NCBI GenBank assembly: GCA_041740355.1
Contig: JBGSMD010000063.1
Coordinates: forward strand, 96,001 to 160,000
DNA length: 64,000 nucleotides
Origin: Bdellovibrionota bacterium
Lineage (GTDB): Bacteria; Bdellovibrionota_C; UBA2361; CALJRW01
Reading direction: 5' to 3'
Both the position numbers and the translations under genes were made by a program. The notes below the pieces were generated by a model. The model saw only the letters and a program-made list of their open reading frames with translations, ran no database searches and was not told where the DNA came from. This document shows positions 28,147 through 37,781 of this stretch, one piece after another (positions within the stretch are counted from its first letter, which is position 1; each line of letters opens with the position of its first letter).

Positions 28147-29211
28147 TTACAAAGGACGGAAGTCTGTCTTAGCCTGAATCTTGCAAACAAATTCTACTAG
28201 CAATTTCACTGTATTATCAATATCTTGTAAAGAAACGACTTCAGCATTGGTATGCATATAACGACAAGGAATCCCAATGGAGGCAGTTGCCTTTCCTCCC
28301 CGACTGAGTTGCATAGCAGAAGCATCTGTTCCGCTTGGCATTGGGTAAAGGTCAACTTGTGTATTAATTTTAGCATCCTTAGCAGCCGCTTGTAGTCGCT
28401 GCTCCACCACAGGGTTTGTATTCAAACCACGGCTTATAGTAGGTCCATAATTTACAGCTATAGTTGTATCCTTTAAATCATTGGCGCCAGGATTATCAGT
28501 AGCATGAGTAACATCAATCGCAATCCCAACCTCCGGATTGATACTGTAAGATGCTGTGATTGCACCACGTAGACCTACTTCTTCTTGCACTGTACTAGCA
28601 GCATAAAGGGCCACTGCTAATTTGCGCTTACTACACTCTTTTAAAGTTTCAATTGCAACATAACAACCAACACGATCATCCATTCCTGGACCAGCAATCA
28701 TATTATTTGCTAGCTCTGTGATATTTAAGTGATAGGTTACTGAATCTCCAATTCCGATCATTTTTTCGGCTTCAGCTTGATCCTTAGCACCAATATCTAA
28801 CCAAAAGAATTTCTCTCCTAGCTTCATCACTGCGCGATCATCCTTATCTTGTAAATGAATTGGACGACGGCCAAACACTGCACTGACTGGTCCATTCTTT
28901 GTGTGCACCGTTGCTTTAGAGCCAGGAACGACGCCAAAATCGATACCTCCAATTGGGGCTACATGCAAACAACCATCTTTAGAAATATAACGAACCATAA
29001 ACCCAATTTGATCACAATGACCGGCAAGCATTACCTTTTTTGTTGCTTTGACATTTAAGCCAGCAAGCAAATTGCCATGGAGATCAATCTCAACAGTATC
29101 AGCATACGGAGTAATATATTCCTTAATTACTCTTTGGATTGGAATCTCGAACCCAGAGACGGAAGGAGTTGTTAATAATTTGTATAAAAAGTCTTTAGAT
29201 AGTTTATTCAT
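28147..29211 (-). CDS. M42 family aminopeptidase
   Basis: SVSGFE, AGHCDQIG, MDDRVG, VQEEVGLRGA, IAIDVT, GTDA and RYMHT. Confidence 0.95.
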   Translation of the reverse strand: MNKLSKDFLYKLLTTPSVSGFEIPIQRVIKEYITPYADTVEIDLHGNLLAGLNVKATKKVMLAGHCDQIGFMVRYISKDGCLHVAPIGGIDFGVVPGSKATVHTKNGPVSAVFGRRPIHLQDKDDRAVMKLGEKFFWLDIGAKDQAEAEKMIGIGDSVTYHLNITELANNMIAGPGMDDRVGCYVAIETLKECSKRKLAVALYAASTVQEEVGLRGAITASYSINPEVGIAIDVTHATDNPGANDLKDTTIAVNYGPTISRGLNTNPVVEQRLQAAAKDAKINTQVDLYPMPSGTDASAMQLSRGGKATASIGIPCRYMHTNAEVVSLQDIDNTVKLLVEFVCKIQAKTDFRPL

Positions 29212-29214
29212 TGT

Positions 29215-29988
29215 TTAATTAAATTCTCGGCGTGAAAAAAAGTGACTGGCAAGGATTATTGCTAACGTGGAATAACCCAAGGCGTAAACTGAATTCCAAA
29301 TGAGAACCTCAAATGGAACAGGGAAATTATGAACTACTTTATTGCTAATATCAACTAATGCTAGATTCGGTAACGCATAATATATTGATTTAGAAAATAT
29401 TTCCATTATTCCTTGAAACTGGAAAGACTCAATCATCTTTAAGATCACATCAGCAGAACGACCTATTAGAAACAATCCAAAAGTAATTGCGCCACTTAGG
29501 AATGGTGTAACAAAAATACTGGATAAAAGAATCACCAAGGCACAAACCATCACTACTTGTAAAAATACTGAGTAACTTGCTAAAATTAGATTTAAATCAA
29601 TTGTTGAATTATAAAAATATAAGAATACAATTAAGGCAAGGCTCATCATCCCGAGCATTAAGAAAAGTGTCATTAACATACCTAAGTATTTCCCCCAAAT
29701 AAACTCGGAGCGTTTAATTGGCTTAGCTAAGATGTTGAAGATAGTTTTTCTACTTAATTCCTTAAAGAGTAATGCCGAACCAGTAATCACTACATAGGCG
29801 ACACCAAAAAGATTCAAGGCTAATAGTCCAAAATCTTTAAGTACTTTAACTTTATCTCCAATTGTTACTAGGCCGAAAACCGACGATGCAATCATTACAA
29901 GCAAAGTAAACATGACAATACTATACAAGATTTTACTACGAATCGATTCTCTAAAGGTGTTTTTTGCTATGATATAGACTTTACGCAT
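29215..29988 (-). CDS. ABC-2 type permease, PilI-like
   Basis: IAKNTFRESIRSK and ELSRKTIFNILAKPIKRSEFIWGKYLG. Six TM segments; pilus-locus context. Confidence 0.85.
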   Translation of the reverse strand: MRKVYIIAKNTFRESIRSKILYSIVMFTLLVMIASSVFGLVTIGDKVKVLKDFGLLALNLFGVAYVVITGSALLFKELSRKTIFNILAKPIKRSEFIWGKYLGMLMTLFLMLGMMSLALIVFLYFYNSTIDLNLILASYSVFLQVVMVCALVILLSSIFVTPFLSGAITFGLFLIGRSADVILKMIESFQFQGIMEIFSKSIYYALPNLALVDISNKVVHNFPVPFEVLIWNSVYALGYSTLAIILASHFFSRREFN

Positions 29989-30000
29989 TTCCTAACTCCC

Positions 30001-30924
30001 TTAAGATTTGTTTGTTTGTTGTAAAAATAGTTCCTCTAATCCACCGTGAACAAAACGAAATTCTTCAACTATCGCACCTGAATCAACAGAAAGCCGAAGT
30101 GCTCGTTCCGCAATATCCTTTTGCTCAAAGGTTAAATACAAGAACTTATCTTGATTATTAAAATTATTAGTCAAAGCTATTAATTGATTCTCAATCTGGG
30201 AATAGTTCTTAATCTTTAGTGAATAGTGGCCGGGTAATATTTGGGGTAATTCTTTTAAATCAAAAATACCCTTCAAAAATCCTTGTTTCATAATCGCCAC
30301 ACGATCGCAAAGAAATTCAATATCACTTAAAATGTGTGAGGAAATAAAAATTGTTGTGCCATTTTTTTTAGCCTCAAACAATAAATCAGCGAACTCTTTT
30401 CGTCCGATTGGGTCCAGCCCTGAAAACGGCTCATCCAAAATTAATATCTTAGGATTTCCAACTAGTGCTTGAGCCATGGCCACCCTTTGAACTTGTCCCT
30501 TAGAAAGATTCCTAAGTCTAGCATTAGACTTATGCTCAATTTTTACTTTTGCTAATACACGCGCAACCTCATTCCTAATCTCCGAAGAAGGAAGTCCTTT
30601 TAAAACTGCGGCCATCTCAACTACTTCGGAGGCCTTAATATTATCGTAAAAATAAGGTTGCTCTGGTACGAAACCAATGTCTTTTCGCGCTAAGGGATTC
30701 CTAGAACTTTGACCGAAAATTAGCACTTCGCCCTTCGTCGGTTTTGTTAAACCAACTAAACACTTGATCGATGTTGTTTTCCCCGCTCCATTGTGACCCA
30801 AGAATCCAAAAGACTCACCTTCGCGAACCACTAAATTCAAATCATTAACAAATGTCTTGCTTCGAAAAGTCCATTCACTTTGATAAGCATAAAAAAAGTT
30901 TTTAAATTCAATTGCATTATTCAT
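30001..30924 (-). CDS. ABC transporter ATP-binding protein, PilH-like
   Basis: GHNGAGKTT, LSKGQVQR, LDEPFSGLDPIGR and SSH. Confidence 0.9.
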   Translation of the reverse strand: MNNAIEFKNFFYAYQSEWTFRSKTFVNDLNLVVREGESFGFLGHNGAGKTTSIKCLVGLTKPTKGEVLIFGQSSRNPLARKDIGFVPEQPYFYDNIKASEVVEMAAVLKGLPSSEIRNEVARVLAKVKIEHKSNARLRNLSKGQVQRVAMAQALVGNPKILILDEPFSGLDPIGRKEFADLLFEAKKNGTTIFISSHILSDIEFLCDRVAIMKQGFLKGIFDLKELPQILPGHYSLKIKNYSQIENQLIALTNNFNNQDKFLYLTFEQKDIAERALRLSVDSGAIVEEFRFVHGGLEELFLQQTNKS

Positions 30925-31840
30925 TTTTTTCTTCTTTTTCTAATGGTAATTTTGGGTCAGCAGCTAATTTAGCTTCATGCTCTTTTTCTTCTTTAGTTTT
31001 AAACAAAGAAATTCGTTCTTTAATTTGTTTTGATGCCAATGCACCTTTTTCATCGATCCGATAAATTTCTCCATTTGGATCTAGAAGCTCGGTATCTAAG
31101 GCCCCAACTGATTTTAAGTCCTTCACTGATTTTGGAAGTGACTTAAACTTTTCCTGATATTGATCCCGGTAGGCTTCTAACTTTGCGATACTGATTTCAT
31201 TAAGGGTTTTTTTAAGGTGTTCTTCTAAAGCTCTTTTCTGATTAGGATCTTTAGCATTCTCAATCATCTCGATCAGAAAACTGACTGCTGTTTCTGGATT
31301 ATTAAGATTAGCAATCTGCTTTGTTGCTAAAGAGTTAACGAAAAATGGCGCATCGGGAGCTTTGGAGGCAGCAATAAAATCATCCCTAGCTGCGACTTCA
31401 TCCTTATCAAACATGACATGATTCATTCCGCGAAGATAATAGAATCTCCAATATTTAGGATTAAACTGAATCCCTTTTGATAATAGCTTTTGTCCAGCTA
31501 CTGTATTCTTATTCTCCCAGGCCACTAAATAAGAACAAAACTCATAGAGTTCTTTATGATAAGGATCTAAGTCAGTAATCACATTACACATGTGACTCAG
31601 CCAATAATAATTTTGGTCCTCGCGATAATGCTTCCCAAAATAATTTACTGTTTGAAACCAAAGATAGTTAGATAATGCATTTTGAAAACCAAAAGAGACT
31701 GCTTTTAAATGTTCGCCTTTAGGGAAATATAATAATTCTTGTTCCGGACCAAGAATTGGCGGTAAGTTCTTAGTCTCCAACTGTTGATAGGAGTGAACAC
31801 AACAAAACAATAATATAGCGCTTATTAATAATTTATACAC
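30917..31840 (-). CDS. TPR-containing exported protein (pilus-associated ABC accessory)
   Basis: SFGFQNALSNYLWFQTVNYFG, ITDLDPY and KGIQFNPKYWR. First gene of the ABC operon. Confidence 0.7.
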   Translation of the reverse strand: MYKLLISAILLFCCVHSYQQLETKNLPPILGPEQELLYFPKGEHLKAVSFGFQNALSNYLWFQTVNYFGKHYREDQNYYWLSHMCNVITDLDPYHKELYEFCSYLVAWENKNTVAGQKLLSKGIQFNPKYWRFYYLRGMNHVMFDKDEVAARDDFIAASKAPDAPFFVNSLATKQIANLNNPETAVSFLIEMIENAKDPNQKRALEEHLKKTLNEISIAKLEAYRDQYQEKFKSLPKSVKDLKSVGALDTELLDPNGEIYRIDEKGALASKQIKERISLFKTKEEKEHEAKLAADPKLPLEKEEKNE

Positions 31841-32447
31841 AGAGATTTAATTTTAATTTACTACTAGATACATCTAAATCTTCTAATTTTTTGACGAGAC
31901 GATTCTATTGAATATTCTAAAAAAAATAATCATTTTTAGACGATTCGCCAAAAAATACTCAAGGAACAAAAAGAGTCAAAAAAAGATTCCCGTTTAGGAA
32001 GTTTTTTTCAGGCTCAGGCCGTAGCATTTAAATTCTGATTTTAAAAAATCAAAATTTATTGGCTTTTCATATCTGAGATTCCCCCTCTTTTCCTACACCA
32101 CTAAAGCTTCCAATTACGCTTTTCCTTCCATTTTCGCTTAAACTTTAGCGAACATAAAAGCTACCTTGGACAAGTCGTTGGAGTGGTATCCACTTACTTC
32201 CTGTAAACAACAATTAGAGTAGACCACTCATATGTCATTTTATATATTATGTAGTGTTTAATATAAAACAAAAAACTATTTGTAGCTTCTGCTATTACGT
32301 TCACACCATTCTAGAAGATCAAAATCTAACTCCATATTTTATAGCTATTCTGAGTAAAGGACAATCACAAAAGATTAAAATGACTATTAAAACTTAGTAA
32401 GTTTTGCGCTATGGCTTGATTGAAGACCTTACTTGTAGCTAGACATA

Positions 32448-32473
32448 TCCGCCGAAGCTTAAAGGAAGGTGAA
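32448..32473. repeat. REP-like palindrome, diverged copy in reverse orientation
   Basis: TCCGCCGAAGCTTAAAGGAAGGTGAA matches the reverse complement of the copies at 36351 and 36459. Confidence 0.65.
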
Positions 32474-32889
32474 ATCGCAAATGAAAACTTCAGCAAAGCA
32501 GGATGCATTTATACCCAAAACAGTTTTAGTAGATTGATTTCCACAATTATTAAGCTTATCAATAGACCCAGCAGCTCTCGGGGGCTCACTTCGAGTACCT
32601 TGAGCTTGGTATCCTAGGCGAGTAGATAAAAATCGGTAATTTTCAATGTCGCCTAATAAAGTCCTGAGAGTTCTGCGGGTAAATTAGTTCGATACAAAAA
32701 ACTTGCCTAAATTCTTCGCCTTTTATGTTCGAAGGGGCCACTCACTATTGGTCCTTATAGTCAAAAAATTTAATTAAGATTTTCCTAAAGGAAAAGACTT
32801 CAAGGAGTAATCTTAGTTTATTAAACACTATTGGCTTTCCTAAGCCCTTAGGTAATACTTAATTGATATAAGTATAAATTGCAGTAAGC

Positions 32890-34440
32890 ATGACCTTAAA
32901 TTACAAATTTTTGCACAAATTTCCCCCAACAGCTTATCTTTTCTTGCTTTCTACATTAATTTTCCTGCCAACTCTTAACTATTCCTTTACCTATGATGAC
33001 ATACGCCTAGTTCTTGTAAATAATTATATCACTTCCGAGCTAGGACTACTGGATATTCTTAAAATTTTTACTCTCCCAACACATCCTGGGGATCTTTATC
33101 GTCCACTCACAGTGTTGAGCATCAAGCTTAACTTTTTAATGTCCGGCCTAGATCCTATTTCATACCATGCCACAAATATTTTACTGCATAGCCTCGCGAC
33201 AACAGTCATCTATAAATTTATTTTATTACTAACTAAAAATTGCAAATTATCTTTTTATAGTTCTTTGATTTTCTTAATACATCCAATTCACATTGAAGCA
33301 ATTGCTAATATTTATAATCGTTCGGAGATTTTGGTAGCAATCTTTGGGCTATTGGCTCTTATTTGCTTTTATCGACTCTTAGAAATACCAACTTTAACGA
33401 ACTATCTCTTATACCCAATCTTCTTATTTCTAGCATTCTTAGCTAAAGAATCTGCGTTAACGCTAGTTGGGGTATGTCCACTGATTTATTTTTTTTATAC
33501 AAAAAAAAATTACTCACCAAAAACAAAGACTTTAATCTACTCTTCACTTATTACTATCGTTACGGTTATTGCTTATTTAATAATTCGAATGTTAATTTTA
33601 GGAACTAAGTTCCTAATTTATGTACCAAATCAAGGCTACTTCATTGAGAATCCCTTACTTCACCAAGACTTCATCTCACGAATATTTCCCGCCAGCTACC
33701 TCTTGGGCGAATACCTCCGATTAATAATTCTACCACTTAAACTTTCCGCGGATTACTCTTTACCCCATAAATATTTTCTTGATATCCTATCTTCTTGGCC
33801 TGGATACTCGGCTATGTTATTGGCTCTAATTTTTATTTTCTTTACGGCGTTCTTTGCATATAGAAAGTCGGTTTTAGTCTTTTGGGCGCTTTGGCTGTTA
33901 GTTACTTTTAGTTTAACAATAAATTTACTTACACCGATTGGAACTTTTATGGCAGATCGCCTAGCCTATGTACCAAGTATTGGTCTAATTGTGTTAATTG
34001 CAAGCTTAATACTCAAGCTGCCAAAATATAGGACTTATTTCTCAGTATTATATATCTTACTCCTGTTATTTCATACTAATGTTCGTTTACCTATTTGGAA
34101 AAACAACATTACTCTCTTTCGTCAAACAATGGATGATAATTCAGTATCACCTAAAATACCCCATAATTTAGGAACTGAATTTTACTTAATTGAAGAGTAT
34201 CAGAAGAGTATTCTTTTTTATAAGGAAGCAATTTTTCGAGATCCTACTTATAGTTTCCCCGTAAAAGGTATTATCTATAACTATCTAAAACTAGGTGACT
34301 GGAAAAGATTTAAATATTGGACGGATAAGTACTTAATTTTTCACCCCGGGGATCAAGAAATATTAGATCTACAAGCAAAATTTAATCAAGCATTACAAAG
34401 TAATGTTTCGCCTCAAGTGTCTAACAAATTACCAGAATAG
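32890..34440 (+). CDS. TMTC-like (GT-C) membrane glycosyltransferase with TPR
   Basis: FTYDD, LYRPL, HPIHIEAIANI..RSEIL, LAKE, LSADYS, ADRLAY and C-terminal TPR. Confidence 0.8.
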   Translation: MTLNYKFLHKFPPTAYLFLLSTLIFLPTLNYSFTYDDIRLVLVNNYITSELGLLDILKIFTLPTHPGDLYRPLTVLSIKLNFLMSGLDPISYHATNILLHSLATTVIYKFILLLTKNCKLSFYSSLIFLIHPIHIEAIANIYNRSEILVAIFGLLALICFYRLLEIPTLTNYLLYPIFLFLAFLAKESALTLVGVCPLIYFFYTKKNYSPKTKTLIYSSLITIVTVIAYLIIRMLILGTKFLIYVPNQGYFIENPLLHQDFISRIFPASYLLGEYLRLIILPLKLSADYSLPHKYFLDILSSWPGYSAMLLALIFIFFTAFFAYRKSVLVFWALWLLVTFSLTINLLTPIGTFMADRLAYVPSIGLIVLIASLILKLPKYRTYFSVLYILLLLFHTNVRLPIWKNNITLFRQTMDDNSVSPKIPHNLGTEFYLIEEYQKSILFYKEAIFRDPTYSFPVKGIIYNYLKLGDWKRFKYWTDKYLIFHPGDQEILDLQAKFNQALQSNVSPQVSNKLPE

Positions 34441-34518
34441 AGCTAGACCGATCTAGCAGACTGCAAGCAGAAGGAAGAAAAGGTACTAACAAAGATTAAC
34501 TCAACCTCCAAACTGCAA

Positions 34519-36156
34519 TTACTTAATTAAGTCAATTTTTTGTGCATACATTTTATAAATTTCGAAATTTCGAAATTCTGTAGGTAATTCTTGACTAATC
34601 GTTTTAGCAGCTTGGTAATCTCCGCTCTCAACTGCCAATGCGAAAATGCCAATCTTTGACAATGCAAATTCAGGAGAAACAGCGAGCGCTCTGGTGAAAT
34701 AATTGTAGGAATCTTGATATTTTCCTAAATTTAATGTTGCCCAACCACAGGCATTTAAAATCTTTAGGTCATTAGGCTCAATTTCTAATAACTCTAGCCC
34801 AAGAGATTCTGCTAATTCAAACTGTTTGTTCTTTAAATATAAGGCCTGAAGTAGTTTTTTTGCGCCTAAGTACTCCGGGGAAATTCTCAGCGACTCCTTG
34901 GCATGTTTAATTGCCTCCGAATATTTTTTTTGACCATAAAGATATTGAGCATATGTATGCTGTACTCTAGAACTTTTCGGTGCCACAAGAATATCACTAG
35001 CGATTAAATGATCCAAGTTTTTCCACCTGGCAAGATTGTTAAGTGTAGCTAAATTAATAAGTAAGAAAAAGGTAATAAGGATTGGGGTTCTAACTTTCAC
35101 CAGTCCCTTAGCTGCTAGCAAGGCAAGTCCAATCGAAGGCAAATACAATAATCTCTCAGCAAAGATAGTTCCGATTGGAAAAAAAACATTCGCCGTAATC
35201 ATAAAGCCAATAAAAAACCAAAGTCCTGAAAAGACAATAAGCTTAGACTTATTATAATTTCGAGAAATTATTAAAATTATTCCAATTAAAAAAATGAGAT
35301 AGGTAAGTGTCTCCTTAAACGGCCATTCTTTAAAAGTTGCTATCTGACCAAAGGAGTAATCAGAGCTTAGGTTGATTGGCAGGCAATAAGTATATAGATA
35401 CTTTCCTAAAAGTAGGGTGGCCGTATAAATACGTTCGATCGTAGAAACATCAATAAGAATATTATCAATATTACTGGAATACTCCTGGGCAACTTGTAGA
35501 TCAAATAATACGAGACTTCGGATGATCAAATAAATTAGGGCGCTTAAAAAGATAGTTATCAAAATCTTGATATCTAATTTTTTAAATAAAGATAAAGTTA
35601 GCGGCAGCAATAGGCAAAAGACCAGACCGCTTTCTTTAGATAAAAAACTAGCTAACAACAACAATCCAATCTGAAAGCATCTAGCAATTGAAAGCTGGGC
35701 TGAGATTAAACTAAAATTAATCGCTAGTAATCCAAAGAAGGCTACAAGGATTTCTGATTTACAACTAATATTAGCTACGGTTTCGCTATGAACTGGATGT
35801 AACACAAATAAGAAAGCTGCTAAAAGTGCAATCTTTTGATTTGTAATTTTCAACAATAATGACAGCAGAGCTACCCCTGTTAAGGCGTGCAGAAAAACGC
35901 TAAATAAATGAAAGGGGATGGGATTTGGTCCAAAAAAACTGTAAAGAAGATTATCAAAAACAAATGGAATTGGGCGATAAAGATTTCCTGGCCATGTAGG
36001 CGAAACTATTCCGATTGGAAGTTTGTCTATTTGATCAATAAAATTATTCTGAAGTATTCTTGGATTATCATCTCGTGTAAATTCATAACTAATAGTTGGA
36101 GAAAATAAACAAAAAGCACATATAAAAAGGAGCACTAAGCAAGTGGAATTTTTCAT
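34519..36156 (-). CDS. TMTC-like (GT-C) membrane glycosyltransferase with TPRs
   Basis: FTRDD, LYRPI, HPVHSETVANI, SKESG, LSSDYS, AERLLYLPS and several TPRs. Confidence 0.8.
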   Translation of the reverse strand: MKNSTCLVLLFICAFCLFSPTISYEFTRDDNPRILQNNFIDQIDKLPIGIVSPTWPGNLYRPIPFVFDNLLYSFFGPNPIPFHLFSVFLHALTGVALLSLLLKITNQKIALLAAFLFVLHPVHSETVANISCKSEILVAFFGLLAINFSLISAQLSIARCFQIGLLLLASFLSKESGLVFCLLLPLTLSLFKKLDIKILITIFLSALIYLIIRSLVLFDLQVAQEYSSNIDNILIDVSTIERIYTATLLLGKYLYTYCLPINLSSDYSFGQIATFKEWPFKETLTYLIFLIGIILIISRNYNKSKLIVFSGLWFFIGFMITANVFFPIGTIFAERLLYLPSIGLALLAAKGLVKVRTPILITFFLLINLATLNNLARWKNLDHLIASDILVAPKSSRVQHTYAQYLYGQKKYSEAIKHAKESLRISPEYLGAKKLLQALYLKNKQFELAESLGLELLEIEPNDLKILNACGWATLNLGKYQDSYNYFTRALAVSPEFALSKIGIFALAVESGDYQAAKTISQELPTEFRNFEIYKMYAQKIDLIK

Positions 36157-36329
36157 TACAAGTACAGAGGAAAGAGAATCAAAAAAATGATTTTAATTAT
36201 GAAATTATTATTCGAGGCTCATGGTCTACATTTAAAGATGAGATTCCTCACGATATTTAGTTTTAGGAAAAACTCTAACTAACTAGCTCTAAAAATGCTA
36301 TCGGTAAATTTCGATATCTATAAAGTAGG

Positions 36330-36620
36330 AGATTTTAGGCGAGTAAAGCTTCCACCTTCGCTAAAGCTTCGGCGGACGAGTCGGCGGTCAAGAGGAATTT
36401 GTCACTGCCTGAGTAAGATTGAATCAAGGCGGGATAAAATTTAGACCAAAAAAAAGCTTCCACCTTCGCTATAGCTTCGGCGGACAAGGGGCATTTGCCA
36501 TTGCAACTTCGTTGCTTGGCTCCCCACATATCATGTTCGACTTAGGTTTCCATCGAATACAAGATTTTTTACGATAAAGCTTCCTTTAAGCCATTGCAAC
36601 TTCGTTGCAAACGCTCGGCC
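36330..36620. repeat. Cluster of REP-like palindromes and terminator duplicates downstream of pilA
   Basis: TCCACCTTCGCTA(A/T)AGCTTCGGCGGAC at 36351 and 36459; GCCATTGCAACTTCGTTGC at about 36497 and 36590. Confidence 0.8.
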
Positions 36621-36667
36621 ATATGATTTTCAACACCTCAAACCTAGACCGCACTAGATTTTAGGCC

Positions 36668-36698
36668 AAAAAAAAGCTGGGCATTTGCCCAGCTTTTT
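36668..36698 (-). terminator. Rho-independent terminator of pilA
   Basis: AAAAAAAAGCTGGGCA-TT-TGCCCAGCTTTTT, about 17 nt after the pilA stop. Confidence 0.9.
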
Positions 36699-36714
36699 AC
36701 CGTAATAATTACAA

Positions 36715-37083
36715 CTAAGGTTGTAATCCACCGTTAACAGAATTCCATACAAACGTTGTACTTGTTCCATTTCCAGACAAGCTTGTTCCTGTAAACGCAG
36801 TAGTTCCTCCAACCATGGCTAGAGTAACACCCGAAGAAACCGCTTGAAGACCATCTAATAAACTTACGCAGTTTATAGCGCTAGTACAAGTTACATATCC
36901 ATCATTGTCAATGAAATATGCTTCTTCTGCAGTAGCAGCATTTCTTAAATCTGATTTAGCACCAGAATCATATCCACGCTGACGATATGCTTGGAATTGA
37001 GGAATAGCGATTGCAGCCAAAATACCGATAATGGCAACTACCACTAGAAGTTCGATTAATGTAAATCCACTCTCTTTACGCAT
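36715..37083 (-). CDS. pilA: Major type IVa pilin
   Basis: MRKESG|[31 protein letters not shown] before ATG 37083; upstream sigma54 promoter and own terminator. Confidence 0.95.
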   Translation of the reverse strand: MRKESGFTLIELLVVVAIIGILAAIAIPQFQAYRQRGYDSGAKSDLRNAATAEEAYFIDNDGYVTCTSAINCVSLLDGLQAVSSGVTLAMVGGTTAFTGTSLSGNGTSTTFVWNSVNGGLQP

Positions 37084-37196
37084 TGTTTTCTCCAAAAAAG
37101 TTAAACTGTAAACCTAAGTAAACAAGTTCTGTATATTTAATAAGGTATTTGATGAAGCAATCTTCTGAAAAGATTCAAAAAACCTAAACACATCTA

Positions 37197-37213
37197 TGCA
37201 AAAACCATGCCAA
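37197..37213 (-). promoter_or_regulatory. Sigma54 (-24/-12) promoter of pilA
   Basis: Minus strand TTGGCATGGTTTTTGCA fits TGGCAC-N5-TTGC. Confidence 0.85.
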
Positions 37214-37285
37214 GACTTAGGACAGTCTTAAAACTAAAATAAAATCATAATTACCAAAAATAAACATCAAATTGTTCAATCTTGG

Positions 37286-37330
37286 GTAACAATAATTGTC
37301 AAAGGCCAAGAATCTGACAAATTTTGTCGC
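37286..37330. promoter_or_regulatory. Paired putative PilR enhancer sites
   Basis: AACAATAATTGTC and GACAAATTTTGTC palindromes about 75-115 bp upstream of the -24 box. Confidence 0.65.
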
Positions 37331-37524
37331 ACATAGCATTGTAATTTCAAGTCAAAATGCTAGTTCTTGGGAATCAAAGATAATAAACGAAATTATACAA
37401 CTTCTTGTACCCTATTTGCCAACTATCATTTAATCCAATGCTAATTTAACTGTAATATTTAATTCTGAATAGACATAAAAGATCTTATTCAAACATTGTT
37501 ATATAAATAGTCTAATTTAGATTA

Positions 37525-37666
37525 TTGAAAGTCCAAAACGTAATTTATGAAGTGAAGCTACTTTTTAGGGCTTTCTATCCCTTGGAGGGATAGTAAAATC
37601 ATATAGTTATTACAAAAAAACAAGTTGCTCTATTTTTTATGCCTAATTTATTTGGGGGGATAACTA
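37525..37666 (-). repeat. Dispersed three-hairpin repeat, copy C (reverse)
   Basis: GAAAGTCCAAAACGTAATTT..GGGCTTTCTATCCCTTGGAGGGATAGTAAAATCATATAGTTAT..ATAACTA. Confidence 0.8.
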
Positions 37667-37781
37667 TATTAGCTCTCTTTACTAAGCAAGTGTCCGGATC
37701 ATTTAAAGATGCTTGGCGTATAAGATATTACTATAGATAGTTAGCCTCGAACCAGATTAAGATCTTATTAATCTTCTGTGG

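Noticed and set aside
32420-32617. 65-aa ORF
   Set aside because: TTG start, no recognisable motif, and it spans a REP-like copy and decayed repeat sequence.
36335-36529. 64-aa ORF with repeated SAEAxAKVEA
   Set aside because: It is the translation of the REP-like palindromes.
36715-37083. Conductive e-pilin
   Set aside because: Aromatics occur at Geobacter-like positions 1, 24, 27, 32, 50, 51 and 57, but the mature 116-aa pilin has only 10 F/Y/W (about 8.6%) and a 33-residue aromatic-free gap. No cytochrome genes are nearby.
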